A DNA stretch of 64,000 bases from Patescibacteria group bacterium. GTDB taxonomy: Bacteria > Patescibacteriota > Patescibacteriia > UBA10025 > JAHIVO01. The stretch's first letter is position 1; every line of letters begins with the position of its first letter. The stretch is taken from assembly GCA_049325535.1 (NCBI GenBank), contig JBMOKY010000001.1, positions 422,611-486,610 on the forward strand, given 5' to 3'. Shown piece by piece: positions 1 through 9,028 of this stretch. The notes under the pieces are model-generated. The model did no database searches. It was not told the origin of the DNA and was given only the letters and a program-made list of their open reading frames with translations. The position numbers and the translations under genes were made by a program.

Positions 1-5
1 TACTG

Positions 6-1388
6 GTGGCTAGCTTATTTTTTTATACGTGGGGAGAGGGAAAACTGGTGACCATCATGCTTACTTCTACCGTCATCGATTATGTGGCTGGATTGGCTAT
101 CGAGCGGGGATTTCGGGGCATGTTTCGCTGGCGTCTGGTGCGTGCCGTGGATGCGAGCCACCGCCGGCGGTCACAAACGGCTTTTTTGGTTCTGTCCATT
201 GTGGCAAATCTTGCTTTGCTGGGCTTCTTTAAATATTTTAATTTTGGCATAGATAACCTGAATGGTATTTTAAGTTTTTTCGGATGGCAGACGGCTTCAC
301 TCCAGGGCGTGTGGCAGATTGTTCTTCCGTTGGGGATCAGTTTCTATACGTTCCAATCGATGAGTTACACCATCGACGTCTACCGCGGCCGGATCCGAGC
401 AAATCCGAATTTTATCGATTATGCGGCGTATGTCACCATGTTCCCGCAATTAGTTGCTGGACCTATCGTCCGCTATGAAACCGTGGCACGCGAATTGGTG
501 ACCCGTCTCGTGAGCCGCAGCAGTTTCGCGTCCGGTATCCAGCGGTTTATCATTGGTCTGTCGAAAAAAATGCTGATTGCTAATCAGGTAGCGGTTCCCG
601 CCGATGCGATATTTGCCCTCCCGGCTGACGCTCTGACTACGCCGCTGGCCTGGTTCGGGGTGGTATGCTACGCCCTTCAGATTTATTTTGATTTTTCAGG
701 GTATTCAGATATGGCCATTGGTTTAGGACGGATGCTCGGGTTTACCTTTCTGGAGAATTTTAATTACCCCTACATAGCCCGCTCAATCAGGGATTTTTGG
801 CGGCGGTGGCACATTTCGCTGTCTACTTGGTTTCGCGATTATCTGTATATCCCGCTGGGCGGCAGCCGGAATGGACGGTACCGGACGTATGTCAATCTGA
901 TCATTGTATTTTTTATAACCGGTTTGTGGCACGGCGCCAGCTGGAATTTCGTGGTGTGGGGTCTATACCATGGCTTCTTCCTTCTTTTGGAACGGCTCGG
1001 GTTTGGTGAATTGCTGGAACGTCTGTGGCGGCCATTACGGCACGGGTATATCCTTCTCGTCGTCCTGATCAGTTGGGTTTTTTTCCGTGCCGATTCATTG
1101 GGAGGGGCGCTGTCGTATCTGCGAGCCATGTTTGGGGGGGTTGGTGACGGCAACGGTTTGTACCATCTCGGATTATACGCGAGTTCCGTAGTCGTGCTGG
1201 CAGTCACTGCTGGTGTCATCGGGAGTATGCCAATCATACCATGGCTGCGGGATGCAGTCGGTCGGTTCCGGCGCGGGAAGCAGGCGTGGTCGTATACCAT
1301 CGTGGTGGCGCTTGCCATGCTCATGATCATCACAGTGATGCATATGGCAAATGACACCTATAATCCATTTATTTATTTCCGTTTTTAA
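6..1388 (+). CDS. algI: MBOAT-family polysaccharide O-acetyltransferase (AlgI/DltB/PatA-like); 5' end lies outside the window
   Basis: Motifs LPLGISFYTFQ, FPQLVAGPI, YFDFSGYSDMAIG, FWRRWHISLS and GLWHGA, plus the C-terminal YNPFIYFRF typical of AlgI. Confidence 0.93.
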   Translation: MASLFFYTWGEGKLVTIMLTSTVIDYVAGLAIERGFRGMFRWRLVRAVDASHRRRSQTAFLVLSIVANLALLGFFKYFNFGIDNLNGILSFFGWQTASLQGVWQIVLPLGISFYTFQSMSYTIDVYRGRIRANPNFIDYAAYVTMFPQLVAGPIVRYETVARELVTRLVSRSSFASGIQRFIIGLSKKMLIANQVAVPADAIFALPADALTTPLAWFGVVCYALQIYFDFSGYSDMAIGLGRMLGFTFLENFNYPYIARSIRDFWRRWHISLSTWFRDYLYIPLGGSRNGRYRTYVNLIIVFFITGLWHGASWNFVVWGLYHGFFLLLERLGFGELLERLWRPLRHGYILLVVLISWVFFRADSLGGALSYLRAMFGGVGDGNGLYHLGLYASSVVVLAVTAGVIGSMPIIPWLRDAVGRFRRGKQAWSYTIVVALAMLMIITVMHMANDTYNPFIYFRF

Positions 1389-1392
1389 AGCC

Positions 1393-2727
1393 ATGCGGAT
1401 CATCGATTCACATGCTGAAGAAACTTTGACGCGAGGCGCATCCTGGATGCTGATCGTCTTCTTCTTATGTGCCATTTTCGTCCCTGGGGTGATGATGCTC
1501 GGCGGGTGGTCGGTCGGTCCAGCACAGGCAGAAAAGCGATCGCTGGCGCCGCTACCCGCTTGCACCCCGGAGTCGTGCTACACGAGCGCCTACCGCCGGG
1601 CATTTGAATCGTATGTCAATGACCACTTTGGGTTCCGGCCGGCGCTGGTGCAGTGGAATCTGTACCTGTACGTGCAGTGGTTCCATACGGTACCGGTTCG
1701 CGGGGTAGCGCTGCATCGGGGTGAAGTGGTTACGGTTCCGATTCCAACTGATGATGCGCCAGGCGTCTTGCCGGATGTCGAGGATCGGGCACTCGCCGCG
1801 GATCAAGAAGGTACCATCACGCCTTCTCCGGCGCTCCCTGAGCCGGAGTCGCAGCCGCGGGAACATGTCGTCATCGAGACCGACGCAATCGTCGGCACTG
1901 ACGGCTGGTATTTTCTTGCCAAGGATAATGCGATTGATGATTTTCGGGCTACCCAACCGCTGTCGCAAGCAGAGCTGCGGGTGATCGCGGACAATCTGAC
2001 GCGCCAGCGAGATGCGCTGCGCGCGCAAAGTATTGATTTCGTGGTGATGGTAGCACCGAATAAACATTCGATTTACGGCGAATATATGCCGTCGGTGTAT
2101 AATCGTGTCGGTTCTCAGACGCGTCTGGAGCAGGTCATCCAGTATGTGGCGGCCTATACGGATATGACCATCGTGGATCCGCGCGGTGATTTGCTGGCGG
2201 GAAAAAGAACCCTCCGTGCGTATGAAAAAACCGGAACCCATTGGAATGAGTACGGTGCTTTGATCGCGTATCAGGCGCTTCTGCGGCAGGTACGCCAGTT
2301 TATTCCTTCGCTGGCCATACCGACACTCGATGATTTCACCGTGGAAACTCAGATAGCCGGCGGTTCTGACCTGGCCATTATGCTTTCTCTGCAGGAACAA
2401 TTACAAGAAGAAATAATCCGGCTGCGTCCGCTCGTGCCCCGACGTGCCGTACCCGCGTCGTATGATTTCGCCAATCCAAATCCAAATCCAGAAATGCCGG
2501 TGGTAGTCCGTGAAATTCCCGACAGTACCGCACCACGGCTTCTTATGTTTCGTGATTCATTTAGTAATGCGCTGATACCCTTCATAGCTGAGCATTTTAG
2601 CCGGTCAGCATTTGTGTGGACGTATCGCATCATGCAGGACATCGTCGTTGCGGAGAAGCCTGATGTGGTGGTGTTGGAGTTCGTCGAACGCAATATATAC
2701 GAAGCGCTGTATACATCCATGCAATAG
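1393..2727 (+). CDS. AlgJ/AlgX-family (SGNH-like) O-acetyltransferase with N-terminal membrane anchor
   Basis: Starts 4 nt after the algI stop. Motifs NDHFGFR, GTDGWYFL, APNKHSIY, THWN, RDSFS, PDVVVLEFVER. The ATG at 1393 was preferred over the overlapping upstream start. Confidence 0.85.
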   Translation: MRIIDSHAEETLTRGASWMLIVFFLCAIFVPGVMMLGGWSVGPAQAEKRSLAPLPACTPESCYTSAYRRAFESYVNDHFGFRPALVQWNLYLYVQWFHTVPVRGVALHRGEVVTVPIPTDDAPGVLPDVEDRALAADQEGTITPSPALPEPESQPREHVVIETDAIVGTDGWYFLAKDNAIDDFRATQPLSQAELRVIADNLTRQRDALRAQSIDFVVMVAPNKHSIYGEYMPSVYNRVGSQTRLEQVIQYVAAYTDMTIVDPRGDLLAGKRTLRAYEKTGTHWNEYGALIAYQALLRQVRQFIPSLAIPTLDDFTVETQIAGGSDLAIMLSLQEQLQEEIIRLRPLVPRRAVPASYDFANPNPNPEMPVVVREIPDSTAPRLLMFRDSFSNALIPFIAEHFSRSAFVWTYRIMQDIVVAEKPDVVVLEFVERNIYEALYTSMQ

Positions 2728-2730
2728 GAC

Positions 2731-2759
2731 TTGACAGCCATTGGTACCTGTGCTATGGT
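2731..2759 (+). promoter_or_regulatory. Sigma70-type promoter
   Basis: TTGACA, a 17-nt spacer, then TATGGT with an extended TGn, upstream of the small ORF at 2819. Confidence 0.6.
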
Positions 2760-2818
2760 GGTTCGTTATAGCTTTTGCTAGACCCGCATACACGCGGCAT
2801 TAATTATACGATACGACC

Positions 2819-2968
2819 ATGATACGCACCATTGAACAGCGCCAACCGCAGGGAAAATTCGAAGGCATCTTCGATGAAGTCCGTCAGGAGCTTGACCAGT
2901 TTAAGATGGAGATGGAACGGCAAAAAGCCATCCTGCGCGGTACAGGCGTACTTGATCGGGACGAGTAA
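2819..2968 (+). CDS. 49-aa small hypothetical protein (MIRTIEQRQPQGKFEGIFDEVRQELDQFKMEMERQKAILRGTGVLDRDE)
   Basis: Hand-translated. It lies between a good promoter and an intrinsic terminator and has a charged, helical-looking composition. Confidence 0.6.
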   Translation: MIRTIEQRQPQGKFEGIFDEVRQELDQFKMEMERQKAILRGTGVLDRDE

Positions 2969-2975
2969 AAATTTG

Positions 2976-3014
2976 AAAAAAATAGCCGTTTCTGATGAAG
3001 CGGTTATTTTTTTT
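2976..3014. terminator. Bidirectional intrinsic terminator
   Basis: A7-TAGCCGTTTC-TGAT-GAAGCGGTTA-T8 between convergent ORFs. Confidence 0.85.
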
Positions 3015-3026
3015 GACACGCGATGC

Positions 3027-4316
3027 TCAATTGACGCTCGTGCGTGTGTTTGAACCGACTGCACCTCGCATAATTTCAGACAAAGTCTCTGCGCTGCTGC
3101 GGATCGTTCGATGCTGCGTGGCGTAATCGATCGCCACCAGCCCGAATCGCGGCCAGAATCCCTTGTCCCATTCAAAATTATCCAGCAGCGACCAATGCAA
3201 ATATCCGCGGACGTCTACTCCTTCAGCGAGTGCACGTCGTACGCCGGCCAGAGATTCGGCAATAAACCATGCTCGCCGGGAGTCGTCTGCATCTGCCAGC
3301 CCGTGCTCGGTGATATAGATGGGCACGCCGTATGCACGGAGCGGCTGCAGCGTCTCGTACAGTGCGGATGGGTATAGTTCCCAGCCCATATCCGACGTAT
3401 GCTGATGAGGGTTTTTGTTGTATCCGTGGTTGATTACATTGCGGCCGTAGTTATTCAGCCCGATGAAATCCTGACAGCGGCGAATGGCTCGGAGAAAGCG
3501 CCGGTTCCACCACCAGTCGGCGGTGTACGCGAGCAGCAGATTATCCGGCCACCGATTGGCCACCTGAAAAGCGATATTGTTTTTGGCTATCCCTATCTGT
3601 GCGGCTGGATTGATATCCTTGATAGTACGATAGGCGAGTCGGTGTGCCTGAATTAAGTGGTTGACGACTCGGTAATAGGTGAGCGGGTTTTTGATTTGCG
3701 GCGGCCAGTATCCCTGGAAATAGCTCGTTGCCGCATATACCATCGGCTCATTGAGCGTGATCCAGAAGTTGACGTCATTGCCGAGGGCGGTGACTATAGT
3801 CTCCACATAGCGATTAAAGTCCGCGATAGTTTTTTTGTTCGCAAATCCGCCTTGCCGCGCCACCCAAGTGGGAAGTGTCCAGTGCCAGAGCGTGACCAGC
3901 GGTTCAATGTTGCGCTGACGTAATTCCATGATCACCTCACGGTAATGGGCGATCTCCCGCTGGTTGATGTGTCCCGCTGTCGGCTCTATCCGCGACCATT
4001 CTATGGAAAACCGATGCGCGGTATGACCCAGCTGTTTGGCGATGTCAAAATCCTCACCGAATCGGCGGTAGTGGTCAGCGGCGTTTCCGGAAAGGTAATT
4101 TGATGCTTGACTTGCCTCATTGAGTAATGATTCCCACTGGTCGGGTAGTATCCCGATGAATCGTGATTGATCACGGAGCCGTTCGCGGGCTGTGCGAGCC
4201 AGGTATGAGGCGTGCGACTTTTCCCACTCGCTCCAGTCATTATGGTTACCGCCCTCTACTTGGTGTGCGGACGTCGAGGCGCCCCAGAGAAAATTGGCCG
4301 GCCATGCGTCTGTCAT
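3027..4316 (-). CDS. Glycoside hydrolase family 1 (beta-glucosidase-like)
   Basis: FLWGASTSAHQVEG, RFSIEWSRIEP, TLNEP (acid/base), YITEHG (nucleophile), WSLLDNFEW. Confidence 0.95.
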   Translation of the reverse strand: MTDAWPANFLWGASTSAHQVEGGNHNDWSEWEKSHASYLARTARERLRDQSRFIGILPDQWESLLNEASQASNYLSGNAADHYRRFGEDFDIAKQLGHTAHRFSIEWSRIEPTAGHINQREIAHYREVIMELRQRNIEPLVTLWHWTLPTWVARQGGFANKKTIADFNRYVETIVTALGNDVNFWITLNEPMVYAATSYFQGYWPPQIKNPLTYYRVVNHLIQAHRLAYRTIKDINPAAQIGIAKNNIAFQVANRWPDNLLLAYTADWWWNRRFLRAIRRCQDFIGLNNYGRNVINHGYNKNPHQHTSDMGWELYPSALYETLQPLRAYGVPIYITEHGLADADDSRRAWFIAESLAGVRRALAEGVDVRGYLHWSLLDNFEWDKGFWPRFGLVAIDYATQHRTIRSSAETLSEIMRGAVGSNTRTSVN

Positions 4317-4319
4317 GTA

Positions 4320-4736
4320 TCAGGACTGATTGAGTAATTCAAACGCCGGGTAGAGATTTTCGATGATAGGATACAGGCGGTAGTCGGCGGGGTGAATCCA
4401 TTGGTAGTGATCGTGATCGGTGCCGAGCCTGACGGTAGCGGTTTTGGCGTGGCAGCGAAAGAATATGCGGATGATCTGGTGCGGCTCGCCATTGACCACT
4501 GGCCAGGATTCATTGACGAAAAATGGCTGTCCAATTTCAATATCCAGTCCCGCTTCTTCACGCGCTTCCCGGCGCAGGGCATCGGTGATGTGCTCACCCG
4601 CTTCCATCCGACCGCCCACTACGTCGTATTTGCCGATCTGCGTGCCGGTAGTGTACCCGGGTGCTTCGCGGACGATCAGCACTTTTCCTTCATGAAAAAT
4701 AAATGCCTTGACTGCGGGAAATAATTTAGGTGGCAT
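4320..4736 (-). CDS. NUDIX hydrolase
   Basis: Nudix box GGRMEAGEHITDALRREAREEAGL. Confidence 0.92.
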   Translation of the reverse strand: MPPKLFPAVKAFIFHEGKVLIVREAPGYTTGTQIGKYDVVGGRMEAGEHITDALRREAREEAGLDIEIGQPFFVNESWPVVNGEPHQIIRIFFRCHAKTATVRLGTDHDHYQWIHPADYRLYPIIENLYPAFELLNQS

Positions 4737-5715
4737 ACGATATGTGGTGAGTGGCTTCGGTATACGTCGCGCTCTGGGTGTGGATTTCAGTCACGATGTC
4801 TGTCAGCGCCTGCTCGATGGTAGCCAGTCCGGTGACATGCACCAGCCGGGCGCGGTACTGAGCGGCATGGGGGATGCCGCGCACGTAGGCGAGGAGGTGT
4901 TTGCGGATTTCCAGTGAGGCTCCCTTTTCACCCTTGAGTTCATACAATAAGCGGGCATGTTCCATGATCAGCGGGATTTTTTCTGAAAAAGTCGTAGGTT
5001 GCTTTTCCGCAAATACCCAGGGGTTGCCGATGGCCGCTTGGCCGATGAGGAATCCGTCGAGCCCGCGCGTTTTTTCTACCCCGTCGGGGATGGAGGTGAT
5101 GCCGCCATTCGCCAGTACCGGTATGGATACGTTTTGTTTGAGTTCATATATGGGGGCAAAATCAGCGGGGCAGTTATACGGTTCGTCATAGGTCCGGCCG
5201 TGTATGGCGATGGCCTGGGCGCCGGCGCGTTCGCACCCTTTCCCGAATTCAGTCAGGTCGTCGGCATGCGACCAGCCCAGTCGGGTTTTGACGGAAACAG
5301 GAAGATTGGTAGCTTGCGCGACGGCCTCAATGAGCCTGAACGCCAGATCATGATTTCTGCGCAGGGCCACACCGTGCTCCGACCGCACCACTTTTTTCGA
5401 TGGACAGCCCATATTGATGTCGATACCATCAAACCCCATGTGCTCGAGGTGGCGCGCGGCGGTGACGAACGTATCCGGGTTTTTTCCGAATATTTGGGCG
5501 ATAATCGGGCGCTCAACTTGGTCAAATGAAAATTTTTCCAGTACTTTTTTCGCATGATGATGCACGCCGTCAGCCGAAGTAAATTCAGTGTACACGAGAA
5601 TATTTGGATTTACCGATTTACAGACGCGGCGAAAGGCGCTATCTGTGTAGCCGTCCATCGGCGATAGCCCTATGCGTGGTGCGGTGGTTTGGTGCCACAT
5701 ATGTGGGTGATTCAT
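4726..5715 (-). CDS. dusB: tRNA-dihydrouridine synthase (DusB-like)
   Basis: SPMDGYTDSAFR, IDINMGCP, VSVKTRLG, IHGRT, ANGGI. Confidence 0.9.
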   Translation of the reverse strand: MNHPHMWHQTTAPRIGLSPMDGYTDSAFRRVCKSVNPNILVYTEFTSADGVHHHAKKVLEKFSFDQVERPIIAQIFGKNPDTFVTAARHLEHMGFDGIDINMGCPSKKVVRSEHGVALRRNHDLAFRLIEAVAQATNLPVSVKTRLGWSHADDLTEFGKGCERAGAQAIAIHGRTYDEPYNCPADFAPIYELKQNVSIPVLANGGITSIPDGVEKTRGLDGFLIGQAAIGNPWVFAEKQPTTFSEKIPLIMEHARLLYELKGEKGASLEIRKHLLAYVRGIPHAAQYRARLVHVTGLATIEQALTDIVTEIHTQSATYTEATHHISYAT

Positions 5716-5787
5716 GGCACTACCGTATCATGGTACCCCTGGCAGCGTCAACGGACGAGAGCGCCTCCTGAGTGCGCGCAACTGAGC

Positions 5788-6057
5788 CTATACCCTGATA
5801 ATGTGTCGTACGATCAGCAGGGGGATAATAATATAAAGGATAGTATCCCGGATCAGGTAGTACACAAATACCCCCAGGAGCAGTTTCCAGCCGTATTTCT
5901 TGAAGAGCAATGTGATTCTCCAGCGGAGCCGGCTGAACAGAGATGCCGCGGATGCTGCCGGAACCGGCTGTCGCGCGTCGCGGAGGATGTGCTGGGCCAG
6001 CAATTTCAGCCGACGGAATACGCCTGGTCGGACCGGAGCGCTAGCGGGCGCAGACAT
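5788..6057 (-). CDS. Small basic membrane protein (~89 aa)
   Basis: Hydrophobic C-terminus KKYGWKLLLGVFVYYLIRDTILYIIIPLLIV; overlaps the end of the upstream IsdG-like frame. Confidence 0.6.
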   Translation of the reverse strand: MSAPASAPVRPGVFRRLKLLAQHILRDARQPVPAASAASLFSRLRWRITLLFKKYGWKLLLGVFVYYLIRDTILYIIIPLLIVRHIIRV

Positions 6058-6346
6058 GGTATGTTTTGATGCTGGAGGGCAGCGCCATCTTGCCGTTATC
6101 ATCTTTGAATTGTGCCAAGCGTTTGTGCCCCTCGTAAAATTCTGGGCTGCTGACCCATGCGTGAAAGTTTTCTTCGGGATCCCAGTGTGTCATGACTCAG
6201 TAGCTAGTTCCGGTCGTTAGCATGAGCACTTCTGCGCTGATGAAACCCGGGCGTCTGTGGAAAGCTCCAGCCCGGGTGATGAATGCTTGTTCAAACATGG
6301 CTGGGTATTGTTTGGGTACGTTTATGGTATTTATTGCGACGAACAT
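6041..6346 (-). pseudogene. ABM/IsdG-like heme-degrading monooxygenase interrupted by an in-frame TGA at codon 50
   Basis: Hand translation: MFVAINTINVPKQYPAMFEQAFITRAGAFHRRPGFISAEVLMLTTGTSY*VMTHWDPEENFHAWVSSPEFYEGHKRLAQ... The PGF, VMTHW, F-x-AW and H motifs of the ABM/IsdG fold continue in frame across the stop at 6197-6199. Confidence 0.8.
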
Positions 6347-6466
6347 AAGCTTGTAAATATGGTATCAGAGTGAACTGACGAAAATGTGCTTATGACCGCC
6401 GCATGGTGGATGTCTAGACGGCTGTTCCGGTACGTAGCTGAATTCTGACGGTGAGATGTTTGCTGG

Positions 6467-7315
6467 TCATGTCTGCCGTGCGTTCTGTGTGCTGTTCCGG
6501 GAAAACATTCTCCACCAGAGTACCGTGATGACAGACAAATAGAGCAGGTATGCGCTTACCTCCAGCAAGGTCGGGTTGCCATTATATCCAAACAGCCCCT
6601 TGATGATACTGCCCAGGTATCCATTTTCATGGAGCGGGGGATAGACACCCGTCTCAGTAACCGATGGATTAATATCCCATACTTGGTGTGACCAGAATGA
6701 GATCGCGCCGGCTTCCTGCAGCTCATGGATGCCATGAGCCAATAAACCCGCAGCAAAGAGCATCAACATGATGCCGGTAATGGCAAAAAACCGCGTCAGA
6801 TTGATTCGCAGAAAGCCCCGGTATAATCCGTATCCGATACTGATGGCGATGATGATGCCAATCAGTGCTCCGATAAAGCTATGGTCAGGATCTATCATAC
6901 GTGCCGATCCGAGGAAGATGGCCATTTCAATCCCTTCGCGCAGTATCGCTACCAGTACCACCCAAAAGATTCCCATCGGATGCGCGTTGGTGATATGTCG
7001 GTCCAAATCAGCGTGGATCTCCGCCATCAATTGTTGTCGTCGCATCATCCAAAAGATGAGCGTGGTGATCAATATCGCGCCGGTAATCATAGCTATCCCT
7101 TCGTAGAGCGCTTCCGCTGTTCCCTCAAATCCACCAGCCAGCCGGTCAAATGCAATCGCGCCAATAATACTGAGCGCCGTGCCGATCCCAACGCCCATCC
7201 AGGCCATGCGGATATAGCGTGATTGGCCGGTCCGATTGAGATATCCGATGACGATGCCGACAACGAGTGCCGCTTCGAGGGTTTCGCGGAGGCCGATGAT
7301 TAAACTGGTGAACAT
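6467..7315 (-). CDS. FTR1/EfeU-family high-affinity iron permease
   Basis: Two RExxE motifs (LRETLEAALVV, LREGIE), HELQEAG, and GLFGYN near the C-terminus. Confidence 0.93.
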   Translation of the reverse strand: MFTSLIIGLRETLEAALVVGIVIGYLNRTGQSRYIRMAWMGVGIGTALSIIGAIAFDRLAGGFEGTAEALYEGIAMITGAILITTLIFWMMRRQQLMAEIHADLDRHITNAHPMGIFWVVLVAILREGIEMAIFLGSARMIDPDHSFIGALIGIIIAISIGYGLYRGFLRINLTRFFAITGIMLMLFAAGLLAHGIHELQEAGAISFWSHQVWDINPSVTETGVYPPLHENGYLGSIIKGLFGYNGNPTLLEVSAYLLYLSVITVLWWRMFSRNSTQNARQT

Positions 7316-7344
7316 AGGACGGGAAGTTTATTGGTTATTCATGC

Positions 7345-7369
7345 AAAAAGAGCCTGAAATGAGGCTCTC
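7345..7369 (-). terminator. Intrinsic terminator about 30 nt upstream of the FTR1 start
   Basis: Minus strand GAGCCT-CATTTC-AGGCTC followed by TTTTT. Confidence 0.6.
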
Positions 7370-7521
7370 TGATGCTGATTTCGCCGTTGAGATAGTACGA
7401 TAGGTACTACGCAACGGCGCCAATAAATAATTGTATCTTGACGGTGCCGGTAAACTGTAATAATACGTGCGGAGTCATCGTCGATGGCTTATTGATAACT
7501 ACTATCAGTATATCAGGATAG

Positions 7522-8490
7522 CTATTTTCGTACAAGTGGACGGTATGGTATTTCGAATAATGCCGCGAGCACCCGTTCGGTAATATCAGGGATGGGATTG
7601 AGTGTCGCGGAACTATGGATATCGATGGCGGGGTTATCATTTATTTCCGTGATGGCGCCTTTGGTTTTTTTATATGACTGGGTTATGTCGCTGGTCATCA
7701 AATCTACTCCAGCCAGCTCCAGGCCGAGCGTTTCGACCGCTCGGACGCACGCCTTGAGATTATCCGGATGCACGTGCCGCACGTCGAGATTGACAGTGGT
7801 TCCGCCGAGTGCCGCGTTTGCCCGATAGCGCAGGTACACCACCTCTTTTGGCACGGGAATGGTGTGCATGGTCATGTCTTGTTCCAGCAGGCGGTTTTTT
7901 ACCTCCGGATCGATTTTGATTTTCTTGGGCAGCTTCTTATTTGCCGATGTGATCAACTCTTCAATGGTGTGGACGCCGTCACCGACTACGCGGGCGGGAA
8001 GCCGGAGTGTCGCGGCCAGTATTTTTCCGTGCGCGATGAGAATTCGGTAGTCCTCGCCTTTATAGTATTTTTCAATGATGATTCGGCGGCTGTAGCGATG
8101 AGCTATATCGACCGCCTCGTGTACAGCCGCCAGCGACGTGATATTGACCGTGATGCCATCCCCCTGAAAACTATCGGCGGGTTTGACTACTACGGGCAGC
8201 TTAATTTTTTTTATGAATGCGTTTATCTCTTTTTTTGATTCGCGGTTGAATACCTGCTGTTCAAATACTGGCAGGTTGGCAGCCTTGAGTACGGCGTTGG
8301 TCGCAAATTTATATCTGCTGATGGCGGCGCTGACACTGTCATTTTTACTGCACATGGCATAAAAAAAACGGATTCGGTTTTTTTTGTGCAATATGTCTAC
8401 GGTTTGGTCATTAATCCGGACGGCGCGCAGGCCGATTTTTTTTGCTGCGGTAGCGTAGATCTGTGCGTACGGTCTTAGTTTTCGTGCCAT
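7522..8490 (-). CDS. Stand-alone ATP-grasp ligase (cyanophycin synthetase/GshF-type ATP-grasp domain, no Mur ligase domain)
   Basis: PVVVKP..QGDGIT, IIIEKY, DYRILI, RLPARVVGDG, AGVDL, EINDNP. Confidence 0.85.
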   Translation of the reverse strand: MARKLRPYAQIYATAAKKIGLRAVRINDQTVDILHKKNRIRFFYAMCSKNDSVSAAISRYKFATNAVLKAANLPVFEQQVFNRESKKEINAFIKKIKLPVVVKPADSFQGDGITVNITSLAAVHEAVDIAHRYSRRIIIEKYYKGEDYRILIAHGKILAATLRLPARVVGDGVHTIEELITSANKKLPKKIKIDPEVKNRLLEQDMTMHTIPVPKEVVYLRYRANAALGGTTVNLDVRHVHPDNLKACVRAVETLGLELAGVDLMTSDITQSYKKTKGAITEINDNPAIDIHSSATLNPIPDITERVLAALFEIPYRPLVRK

Positions 8491-8506
8491 AGTGTTTCTG
8501 GATGAG

Positions 8507-9028
8507 TTAGGGTTTAGATTCGGGCATGTGGTACCGAGTCCGGGTACTGCCGTCCGGCAGGGTGACGGTATCGAGGAACGCCCCACCCATTTTTTTGATA
8601 ATATTTAGAGAGGCGTGATTGTCAGGCTTACACACGATGATGGGCTCACGGATGCCCAGTTCCGCGCTTCTTCGCAGCAAGAGCGTCAGTGCCGCGGTGC
8701 CATAGCCCCGGTTACGGCATGATGGGCGGATGACATAGCCGATATGGCCATGGGATCGCATGTGTTCGTCATTGGGCTCAGGGCGTATACCGCCGCGTCC
8801 GACGACTACATCACCATCCATCAGTAAGTATTTATATTCTTGGGCGTAGGCTGGCGGAAGGTCAATGCCGCGGGCGCGGTTATGATAGCGCCGGACTACC
8901 TCGGTAAAATCATCATGCGCCAATTCATAAAAAAAATCGGCGTCAGGTTCCGGCTGGTCAAAAAATTCCTTAGCTGCTTCGAGGTAGGCACGTCGGTGGC
9001 GTTCATGGATGACTTCGAGGCGGAGCAT
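8507..9028 (-). CDS. GNAT-family N-acetyltransferase
   Basis: GHIGYVIRPSCRNRGYGT acetyl-CoA-binding motif and DNHAS..IIKKMGG. Confidence 0.9.
   Translation of the reverse strand: MLRLEVIHERHRRAYLEAAKEFFDQPEPDADFFYELAHDDFTEVVRRYHNRARGIDLPPAYAQEYKYLLMDGDVVVGRGGIRPEPNDEHMRSHGHIGYVIRPSCRNRGYGTAALTLLLRRSAELGIREPIIVCKPDNHASLNIIKKMGGAFLDTVTLPDGSTRTRYHMPESKP

Noticed and set aside
1552-2400. Long antisense ORFs such as this 282-aa frame and similar ones opposite other genes
   Set aside because: They are shadow frames of well-supported genes on the other strand, with no motifs of their own.
6197-6199. Genetic code 25 or selenocysteine reading of the TGA
   Set aside because: TGA ends many genes here (recJ, rnhA, lepA), and the position is a hydrophobic strand residue rather than a Cys or Gly site.
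7468-7510. Fluoride-riboswitch-like sequence on the minus strand (GATAGTAGTT...GATGACTCC)
   Set aside because: The 5' GATGGAGT core is broken so the pseudoknot cannot form, and no fluoride-related gene follows.
7522-8490. Full cyanophycin synthetase cphA
   Set aside because: Only ~320 aa; it lacks the Mur-ligase half, and no cyanophycinase is nearby.
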